Assembly (NCBI GenBank): GCA_963798845.1
Contig: CAWCUS010000001.1
Location: 480,001 to 544,000, forward strand
DNA from: an uncultured Gemmatimonadales bacterium
GTDB taxonomy: Bacteria; Gemmatimonadota; Gemmatimonadetes; Longimicrobiales; RSA9
Direction: 5' to 3'
Length of the DNA: 64,000 nt
Positions 7,213-16,279 of this stretch are shown here, piece after piece; position 1 is the first letter of the stretch; every line of letters begins with the position of its first letter. Both the position numbers and the translations under genes were made by a program. The notes under the pieces were generated by a model. It ran no database searches, was not told where the DNA came from, and was given only the letters and a program-made list of their open reading frames with translations.

Positions 7213-9021
7213 ATGCGCGGAAGTCTGAAGGGCGGCGTGGCCCTCGGCCTGCTCTGGACCGTGGGCCTGGCGGGGTGCTCGATGGAGCGGAACCGGCAGG
7301 TGATGCGACTGGCCGGAGGGGTGGACGAAACGGCACTGGAGGAGAAGGTGGAGGATTTCGAACCGGCGGAGATCTCTTTCGACGAGACCGCGCTGGCCGA
7401 CTGGGAGAAGGCGGTGCTGGCGAAGCTGGTCGAAGCGTCGGACATCATGCACCAGCTGTTCGCGCGCCAGGTTTCGCGCCGCAACCCCGACTGGCGGGCG
7501 CAGGTGGCCGCCCGGGGCGCCGACGACCCGGCCGCCATCTACTACGACATCATGGTGGGGCCGTGGGACCGGCAGTCGGAGCAGGCTCCCTTTCTCGACG
7601 CTGGCCCGAAGCCGGCGGGCGCCGGCTTCTACCCGGAGGACATGACGAAGGAGGAGCTCCGCTCCTGGGCGGAGGCCCATCCCGAGCAGAAGGAGGCGCT
7701 GGAGAGCCCGTTCACGATCATCGAGCGACAGGGCGACAGCCTCGCGGCCGTGCCGTACTCCGAGGCGTACCATCCCGAGCTGGAGAAGGCTGCGGCGCTC
7801 CTCCGGGAAGCCGCGGCGCTTGCGCAGAACAATTCGCTGTCCGACTACCTGGACAGCCGCGCTGCGTCGTTCCTGTCGAACGACTACTACCCCAGCGACG
7901 TGGCTTGGATGGACATCGCCGGAACGAAGATCGAACCGACCATCGGCCCGTACGAGGTGTACGAGGACAACCTGTTCGGCTACAAGGCGGCGTTCGAGAG
8001 CTTCGTCACCGTGGCGGACTCCGCGGCCAGCGCCGAGCTGGATCGGCTGAAGGAGTCGCTGCCCATGCTCGAGGAGAAGCTCCCCGAGCCGCCGCAGTAC
8101 CGCAACATGGACCGCGGCTTCGAGAGCCCCATCCGCGTGGTGGACGTGGTCTACACCGCGGGCGACACGCGCGCGGGGGTGCAGACGCTGGCGTTCAACC
8201 TCCCGAACGACGAGCGGGTCCGGCAGGCCAAGGGCTCCAAGAAGGTGATGCTGCGGAACGTGAGCCACGCCAAGTTCGACAAGATCCTCGAACCGATCGC
8301 GCACCAGCTGCTCGACCCGTCCCTGATCGGCGAGGTCCGGTTCCAGCCGTGGTTCACCAGCACGCTCATGCACGAGCTGGCGCACGGCCTCGGCCCGGGG
8401 TTCATCTCCCGCGACGGCGAGCGGACCACGGTGAACCAGGCGCTCCAGGACCGCTACAGCGCCATAGAGGAGGCCAAGGCCGACGTGGTCGGGCTCTACA
8501 ACCTGACCGTGCTGCGCGACCAGGGCGTCTACGACGACGACTTCGTCCGCGCCGCCTTCATCAGCAAGCTCCCCGACCTGTTCCGCGGCGTGCGGTTCGG
8601 CGCGGGCGAGGCGCACGGGAAGGCCAACCTCATCCAGGTCAACTGGATGCTCGAGCACGGCGCCCTGCGCTTCGATGACGAAGGCAGGATCACGGGCGAC
8701 CTCCCCGCCATGGAAGCCGCCGTGAAGTCACTGGCGACGGAGATCCTGACGCTCGAGGCCGAGGGCGACTATGACCGCGCCGGCCGGCTCCTCGACACGT
8801 ACGGCCATCTCACACCCGAGCTCCAGGCGGCCGTGGCCCGAATCGGCGACGTCCCCGTGGACATCCGTCCCGTGTTCGAGGTCCGGGACCTCCTCCCCGA
8901 GTGGGACGCCATCGCCAAGCGCCTCTACGCCGGGGAGGACGCCGCCGCGCAGCTCTCCGCCGAGGGCGGGCTCGACGCCGCTGCAGACGGCGGTGGACAC
9001 GCCGCCGCCGGGAGCGACTGA
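7213..9021 (+). CDS. Peptidase M49 (dipeptidyl-peptidase III-like) lipoprotein
   Basis: Lipobox LAGC; IGPYEVYED, AFNLPNDERV, MHELAHGLG and EEAKADV motifs. Confidence 0.85.
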   Translation: MRGSLKGGVALGLLWTVGLAGCSMERNRQVMRLAGGVDETALEEKVEDFEPAEISFDETALADWEKAVLAKLVEASDIMHQLFARQVSRRNPDWRAQVAARGADDPAAIYYDIMVGPWDRQSEQAPFLDAGPKPAGAGFYPEDMTKEELRSWAEAHPEQKEALESPFTIIERQGDSLAAVPYSEAYHPELEKAAALLREAAALAQNNSLSDYLDSRAASFLSNDYYPSDVAWMDIAGTKIEPTIGPYEVYEDNLFGYKAAFESFVTVADSAASAELDRLKESLPMLEEKLPEPPQYRNMDRGFESPIRVVDVVYTAGDTRAGVQTLAFNLPNDERVRQAKGSKKVMLRNVSHAKFDKILEPIAHQLLDPSLIGEVRFQPWFTSTLMHELAHGLGPGFISRDGERTTVNQALQDRYSAIEEAKADVVGLYNLTVLRDQGVYDDDFVRAAFISKLPDLFRGVRFGAGEAHGKANLIQVNWMLEHGALRFDDEGRITGDLPAMEAAVKSLATEILTLEAEGDYDRAGRLLDTYGHLTPELQAAVARIGDVPVDIRPVFEVRDLLPEWDAIAKRLYAGEDAAAQLSAEGGLDAAADGGGHAAAGSD

Positions 9022-9476
9022 TGCGGCAGGCGTCGGACCGCGCGTACGATCTGGGGATGCTGCTGCTGCGCCTCGGGTTCGGGCTCGGCTTCCTCTACTT
9101 CCACGGCTGGGCCATGCTCATGGGCGGCCCCGAGCGGTGGGCCGGCACCGGCGCGGCCATCGGCCGCCTGGGTGTTCCGTTCTGGCACACGTTCTTCGGG
9201 TTCATGGCCGCGCTGGCCCAGAGCCTCGGCGGCCTCCTCATCGCCGTCGGCCTTTTCTTCCGGACCGCTGCCGTGTTCCTGGGCTTCACCATGTTCACCG
9301 CCTGGACCATGCACGTCCGGACGGGTCAGGGGACTCCCGCGAACGCGTTCAAGAACCTCTGGGTGGCCATCGGCATTTCCTTCATGGGACCCGGCCGCTA
9401 CAGCCTTGACTGGTGGCTCGCGAACCGCAACCGCCCGCGCGGCCCCACCATTGAGCTGGAGCGCACGGAGGAATAG
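9021..9476 (+). CDS. DoxX family membrane protein
   Basis: LLLRLGFGLGFLYFHG...GGLLIAVGLFFRTAA...GPGRYSLD; start overlaps the upstream stop. Confidence 0.85.
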   Translation: MRQASDRAYDLGMLLLRLGFGLGFLYFHGWAMLMGGPERWAGTGAAIGRLGVPFWHTFFGFMAALAQSLGGLLIAVGLFFRTAAVFLGFTMFTAWTMHVRTGQGTPANAFKNLWVAIGISFMGPGRYSLDWWLANRNRPRGPTIELERTEE

Positions 9477-9551
9477 GAGGCGCGAGGTCTCACGCGGAGG
9501 CGCGAGGTCTCACGCGGAGGCGCGTGAGCAGGCTCCGCGGCTCCGCGCGAG
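9476..9551. repeat. 20-bp tandem repeat plus REP-like hairpin between convergent genes
   Basis: GGAGGCGCGAGGTCTCACGC at 9476-9495 and 9496-9515 plus a partial copy; CTCACGCGGAGGCGCG (9509-9524) pairs 14/16 with CGCGGCTCCGCGCGAG (9536-9551). Confidence 0.75.
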
Positions 9552-9565
9552 GCGCCCGCGAGGCG

Positions 9566-11674
9566 CTAGACGTGCACTTCCTCGTCGGCCCCTTTCCTGG
9601 CCTCGGCGATGACGTGCTCGGCCACGTGGCTCGGCACTTCCTCGTAGCCGTGGAAGACGCGCCGGTGGACGGCGCGGCCGTGGCTCATGGAGCGCAGCGT
9701 GGTCGCGTACTTGTACAGCTCCGCTTCGGGCACCAGGGCGCGGATGATGGTCTTCGACCCTGCGCTGTCCATCCCCTGGATCCTGCCGCGGCGCTGGTTC
9801 AGGTCGCCCATGATGTCGCCCATGAAGTCCTCGGGCGTCGTGATCTCCACCTCCATGACCGGCTCGAGCAGCACGGGGGCGGCCTCCTGCGCAGCCTTCT
9901 TGAAGGCCATCGACCCGGCCACCTGGAACGCCACGTCGCTCGAATCCACCGAGTGGTAGGAGCCGTCGTAGCATTCCGCCTCGAAGTCCACCACGGGGTA
10001 GCCGGCCAGGATCCCCCGGCCCGAGGCCTCCTGGATCCCCTTCTCCACGCTCGGGATGAACTTGTTCGGGATCACGCCGCCGGTGACGGCGTCGGTGAAG
10101 ATGTAGCCGCTGTCTCGGGGACGCGGCCTGAGCCGGACGTGGCAGTCGCCGAACTGGCCGCGGCCGCCCGTCTGCTTCTTGTAGCGCCCCTGCGCCGCGG
10201 CCTCCTTGCGGATGGTCTCGCGGTAGCTGATGCGCGGCTGCTCGGTCTCCACCTCGACGCCGTACTTCCGACGCAGCCTCTCGATCTGGACTTCCAGGTG
10301 CAGCTCGCCGAGTCCCCGGATGATGGTCTGGCGTATCTCCGGCTCGTACCCGCTCTTGAACGTCGGGTCCTCCTCGTGCAGCCGGGTCAGCCCGGTGCCG
10401 ATCTTGTCCTCGTCGCTCCGGCTCGCCGCACGGATCGCCACGGAGATGTCGGGCTCCGGGAACTTGATCGGCTCGATCACCAGCAGACGGGACGCGTCGC
10501 AGAGCGTGTCGTTGGTGTGCGTGTTCTTCAGCTTCGCCACCACGCCCAGGTCGCCGGCGTGCAGCCGATCCACCTCCAGCCGCTCCTTCCCCTGCGCGAC
10601 CGACACGTGCGTCAGCTTCTCGGGCGCCTCCCGGTTGGCGTTCAGCACCTCCTTCCCGTTCTCCACCGTGCCGCTGAAGATGCGGAAGAAGCTGAGCTCG
10701 CCCACGTGCGGCTCGTTCACGGTCTTGTAGACCAGCGCCGCCAGCGGCTGGTCGTCCGCCGACCGCAGCTCCACGACCTGGTCGATGTTCGGCCGCTGCG
10801 CCAGCTCCGTGGCCGCGTCCGCCGGGCTCGGCATCAGCTCGACCAGCTTCTTGAGCAGCGCGCGCGTCCCCCAGGTCTTCTGGGGCGCGCCGCAGAACAG
10901 CGGGAACACCTCGCCCCGCAGCATCGCGCTCTTCATCGCCTCCAGCGCCTGCTCACGGTCGATCTCACCACCCTCCAGGTACGCTTCGAGGAGCGCGTCA
11001 TCCGTCGTGGCGATCGTCTCCATCAGCTCCGTCCGCCACCGATCGTACTCTGCCTGCTTGTCCTCGGGGACTTCCGTTTCGTCATACTCCCCGCTGGCGC
11101 TTCCCTCCTTGTAGATGTGCGCCTTGCCGCTGAACAGGTTGATGATTCCGCGGAAATCCTCACCCGCCCCGATCGGGATCTCCACCGGGATCACCTTGTC
11201 CGCCAGGCGCTCCTTGATGTCGGAGTAGACACGGTCGAAGTCCGCGTTCTCCTTGTCCATCATCGACACGAAAAAAAGTCTGGGAATCCCGCGGTCCTCG
11301 CAGTATTCCCAGACTTTCTCCGTCCCCACCTCGACGCCGGTCGTGGCGCCGAGGACCACTACAGCGCCGTCGCTGACCCGGGTGGCCGCGACCGCTTCGG
11401 CCGTGAAGTCTATGTAGCCCGGCGTGTCGAGCAGGTTGACCTTGGTCCCTTCCCACTCGGCGAACGCCGGCGAGGTCTGCATGGAGATCCCGTGCGAGAT
11501 CTCCTCCGGCGTGTACATGGTCAGCGCCGTGCCGTCCCCGACGCTCCCGTGCCGACGCGTGGTCCCGGACACGAAGCAAAGCGCGTCCACCAGCGTCGTC
11601 TTCCCGGAGCCGCCGTGCCCAAGCACGGCGACATTCCGGATCCTTTCCGTGGTGTATTCACTCCCGGTGGCCAT
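9566..11674 (-). CDS. Elongation factor G paralog (EF-G2-like)
   Basis: IRNVAVLGHGGSGKTT, LDTPGY, GLGELHLE, KKQTGGRGQFG, DGSYHSVDSS and LLEPVM; not in a str operon. Confidence 0.92.
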   Translation of the reverse strand: MATGSEYTTERIRNVAVLGHGGSGKTTLVDALCFVSGTTRRHGSVGDGTALTMYTPEEISHGISMQTSPAFAEWEGTKVNLLDTPGYIDFTAEAVAATRVSDGAVVVLGATTGVEVGTEKVWEYCEDRGIPRLFFVSMMDKENADFDRVYSDIKERLADKVIPVEIPIGAGEDFRGIINLFSGKAHIYKEGSASGEYDETEVPEDKQAEYDRWRTELMETIATTDDALLEAYLEGGEIDREQALEAMKSAMLRGEVFPLFCGAPQKTWGTRALLKKLVELMPSPADAATELAQRPNIDQVVELRSADDQPLAALVYKTVNEPHVGELSFFRIFSGTVENGKEVLNANREAPEKLTHVSVAQGKERLEVDRLHAGDLGVVAKLKNTHTNDTLCDASRLLVIEPIKFPEPDISVAIRAASRSDEDKIGTGLTRLHEEDPTFKSGYEPEIRQTIIRGLGELHLEVQIERLRRKYGVEVETEQPRISYRETIRKEAAAQGRYKKQTGGRGQFGDCHVRLRPRPRDSGYIFTDAVTGGVIPNKFIPSVEKGIQEASGRGILAGYPVVDFEAECYDGSYHSVDSSDVAFQVAGSMAFKKAAQEAAPVLLEPVMEVEITTPEDFMGDIMGDLNQRRGRIQGMDSAGSKTIIRALVPEAELYKYATTLRSMSHGRAVHRRVFHGYEEVPSHVAEHVIAEARKGADEEVHV

Positions 11675-11724
11675 GACCCCTCCATTCCCGATGGCCCAGA
11701 TGCGCGCGGATTGCGGAGGATCGG

Positions 11725-11754
11725 ATGGTAGGGCCGCGGCAACGCGGGTGTCAA
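11725..11754 (-). promoter_or_regulatory. sigma70 promoter TTGACA-N18-TACCAT for the EF-G paralog
   Basis: + strand ATGGTA at 11725-11730 and TGTCAA at 11749-11754. Confidence 0.65.
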
Positions 11755-12029
11755 TACGTCGAGACCCCCCGCCGCACCCGACCTCGCCTCCTCCACCCGC
11801 CGCTGCCACACACGCGCTCGCTCCGGCTGTGCGCGCTCGGGCATTCAACGGTCAAAGTAAGCTCAAGACCGGAAATGGTCATGTCTAACAGGTGTGACAC
11901 CAATCCTATTTCGTCAAACCACGCCTTCAAGGGTCGCGGATGACTGCGTCCCTGGTTGCGCGCCCACTGCCCTGGTCGGGGCAAGGGACCGCGCCTCGTG
12001 CAGCCGGCTTGAACGCAGGGGTTCGCCGC

Positions 12030-12863
12030 TCAGTTCTGACGATAGCGCTTGCTGACCTCGTCGAGGATGCGGAGCTCCTCGGGGGAAAGGCTCTGCAGGC
12101 CGGATCGGCTGATCTTGTCGAGCACCTTGTCGACCTCGTCGAGGGCGCGGTCCTCATCGCGGCGACGGGGGCGTTGGGGGGCCCTTGCCCCGCCGCCACC
12201 GGGGACGACGTTGGTCTTGCGACGGCCGACGAACTTCCTGAGGCGCTTGAAGCGGCTGGTGAGGTCGCCCTGGATCTTGAGGTAGACGAAAGCGGCCGCG
12301 AAGCCGCCGAGGTGGGCGAAGTGGGCGATGTGGTCGCGGGGCGCGCCGCCCATGGTCTGGCCGGCGATGCTGAGGAAGGAGATGGCGAAGGCGAAGATGA
12401 CGAGCCACTTCGCCTTCACGGGGAGGATGCCCCAGATATAGATGGGCATGTTCGGCCAGTTCATGGCGAAGGCGAGCATGACGCCGTAGATGGCGGCGGA
12501 GGCCCCGATCACGCCGGCGTTGAAGGCGAAGAGGTAGGAGAAGAAGGCGCCGCCGAGGCCGGACACCAGGTAGAATCGGAGGAACTCGCGTCCTCCCCAC
12601 ATGCTCTCCAGCGGCGGGCCGAAGAAGAAGAGCACGAGCATGTTGAAGAAGAGGTGGAAGAACCCGCCGTGGACGAACATGTAGGTGACGATGGTCCACG
12701 GTCGCACGAGGGTGAGTGCGGGGATGAAGGCGAGCCATTGGCTGATGGCGGGAAGGGCGAGGGAGGCGAGCCAGACGACGGTGTTGGCGATGATCAGCCG
12801 GAGGACCCACGGCGTGATGCCATAGCCGAAGGCCAGGCCGGCGGTGCGGTTGCGGTAGGCCAT
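12030..12863 (-). CDS. Rhomboid intramembrane serine protease with C-terminal helical domain
   Basis: HLFFNM, GASAA (Ser) and AHLGG (His); tail VDKVLDKISRSGLQSLSPEE (DUF6576-like). Confidence 0.92.
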   Translation of the reverse strand: MAYRNRTAGLAFGYGITPWVLRLIIANTVVWLASLALPAISQWLAFIPALTLVRPWTIVTYMFVHGGFFHLFFNMLVLFFFGPPLESMWGGREFLRFYLVSGLGGAFFSYLFAFNAGVIGASAAIYGVMLAFAMNWPNMPIYIWGILPVKAKWLVIFAFAISFLSIAGQTMGGAPRDHIAHFAHLGGFAAAFVYLKIQGDLTSRFKRLRKFVGRRKTNVVPGGGGARAPQRPRRRDEDRALDEVDKVLDKISRSGLQSLSPEELRILDEVSKRYRQN

Positions 12864-12869
12864 GGCGGT

Positions 12870-14501
<1,632 letters not shown>

Positions 14502-15893
14502 TCAGCCCGTCAGTTGCCGGACCAGGTCGTAGCGGGTGATGATGCCGGTCGGAGCACCATCCTGCCGCACGATCACGGCGGGGTTGGAGCGGGTCAGGAG
14601 CCGGGCGATGTCCTCCATCCCCGCGCTGCTCTCGACGCTGGGGAACGGCGCCTCCATGAGGTCGCGGACCGACCGGTCGAGGACGAGCGGGTCCTCGATG
14701 ACGGCGGCCATGATCACCTCCTCGGCGAGCGAGCCGATGGCGTCGTCGCGATCGAACACGGCCAGCTGCGAGATGCCGTGGCTGGTGATGAGCGAGAGCG
14801 CCTCACGCACCGTCTGGTCGGGCGCCACGACCACGAGGGCGGGCGTGCCCGGGCTCTTGCTGGCGAGGAGGTGGGCGGCGTCCATGTGCTCGGGCTCGAT
14901 GAGCTGGTTCTCGCGGAGCCATTCGTCGTTGTAGAGCTTGGAGAGGTAGCGCTCGCCGGTGTCGGGGAGCATACAGACGATCAGGGCTTCCGGGTCGTCG
15001 AGCCGCTTCGCCAGCTCTGCGGCCAGGTGGACGATCAGCCCGGCCGAGCCGCCCACGAACAGCCCCTCCTCGCGCGTGAGCCGGCGGGCCATGTGGAACG
15101 CTTCCCTGTCGCCCACGACGTGGAGCTCGTCGATGACGTCGAACCAGAGCGTGGACGGGAGCTTGTCGTTGCCGATCCCCTCCACCTTGTACGGCGCCCC
15201 CTCCCCCTTCTCTCCCGTCCGGAAGTAGTGTGCGAAGATCGACCCCACCGGGTCCCCGGCCACCACGCGGATGTCGGGGTTCTGGTCCTTGAGGAAGCGC
15301 CCCGTGCCGCTGATGGTGCCGCCCGTCCCGGCGGACCCGACGAAGTGGGTGATCCTGCCCTCGGTCTGCGTCCAGATCTCCGGACCGGTGGTGGCGCGGT
15401 GCGCCTCCGGGTTCACCGGGTTGTAGAACTGGTCCGCCAGGACGGCGCCGGGCGTGCTCGCCACGATTCGCCTGGCGGTCTGGACGTAGTTGTCCGGATG
15501 GTCCGGCGGCACGGCGGTGGGGGTGACGATGACCTCGGCGCCGAACGCCTTGAGCAGCCGCACCTTCTCCTGGCTCATCTTGTCGGGCATGGTGAAGATG
15601 CAGCGGTAGCCCTTGAGCGCGGCGGCGAGAGCGAGACCCACCCCCGTGTTGCCGCTCGTCCCCTCCACCACCACGCCGCCCGGCTTCAGCGTTCCCTCGC
15701 GCTCCGCGGCCTCGATCATGGCCAGCCCGATCCGATCCTTCACCGAGCCGCCCGGGTTGAAGAACTCGGCCTTCCCGAACACGGGCGTCCTGGCGCCGTC
15801 GGTGACCCGGTTGAGGCGGATCAGCGGGGTCCAGCCGATCGTGCCCAGAACGCTCTCGTACGGCCGCGCGTTGCGCGGGGCCTGCTCGGTCAT
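14502..15893 (-). CDS. Cystathionine beta-synthase with C-terminal CBS domains
   Basis: KAEFFNPGGSVKDR, TSGNTG, GTGGTISG and LPDTGERYLSK, followed by a CBS pair. Confidence 0.92.
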   Translation of the reverse strand: MTEQAPRNARPYESVLGTIGWTPLIRLNRVTDGARTPVFGKAEFFNPGGSVKDRIGLAMIEAAEREGTLKPGGVVVEGTSGNTGVGLALAAALKGYRCIFTMPDKMSQEKVRLLKAFGAEVIVTPTAVPPDHPDNYVQTARRIVASTPGAVLADQFYNPVNPEAHRATTGPEIWTQTEGRITHFVGSAGTGGTISGTGRFLKDQNPDIRVVAGDPVGSIFAHYFRTGEKGEGAPYKVEGIGNDKLPSTLWFDVIDELHVVGDREAFHMARRLTREEGLFVGGSAGLIVHLAAELAKRLDDPEALIVCMLPDTGERYLSKLYNDEWLRENQLIEPEHMDAAHLLASKSPGTPALVVVAPDQTVREALSLITSHGISQLAVFDRDDAIGSLAEEVIMAAVIEDPLVLDRSVRDLMEAPFPSVESSAGMEDIARLLTRSNPAVIVRQDGAPTGIITRYDLVRQLTG

Positions 15894-16279
15894 GGGCTCT
15901 CTCCGGGGAGCGAGGAAGCTGGCTCCCCCGGTGTGGAGTCGCGCCGGAAGCGGACGGGGAGCTTCGTCCACATGGCGATCCGGCGGTCCCCGCGGCGACC
16001 GGGGGAGAACTTCAGCGCGCGTGCTCCCTTCAGCGCCGCGGAGTCGAAAGCGGCGTGCCCGCTCGGCTCCAGGATGTAGACGCTGTCCACGCCACCCCTG
16101 TCCGTGACGTGCACCATCAGGACGGCTACGCCCTGCTCGCCCGCGTCCCAGAGCTGCAGCGGATAGTGGAACGGGGACTCGACCGAGATCGCTTCCGGGT
16201 TGGTGACGGGGTCGGAGTCGCGCTCGCAGCCTCCGAGCGCTGCGGCGGCGACCACGAGCGCGAGGACGGGGGTCCTCAC
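15890..16279 (-). CDS. TonB C-terminal domain lipoprotein
   Basis: Lipobox LGGC; YP...GEQGVAVLMVHV...SGHAAFDSAAL...FSPG...LPVRF. Confidence 0.82.
   Translation of the reverse strand: MRTPVLALVVAAAALGGCERDSDPVTNPEAISVESPFHYPLQLWDAGEQGVAVLMVHVTDRGGVDSVYILEPSGHAAFDSAALKGARALKFSPGRRGDRRIAMWTKLPVRFRRDSTPGEPASSLPGESP

Noticed and set aside
11930..12029. 6S RNA candidate (CCCCTGCGTTCAAG-like text)
   Set aside because: No long rod with a central bubble could be built by eye; an Rfam scan would be needed, so it is not called.
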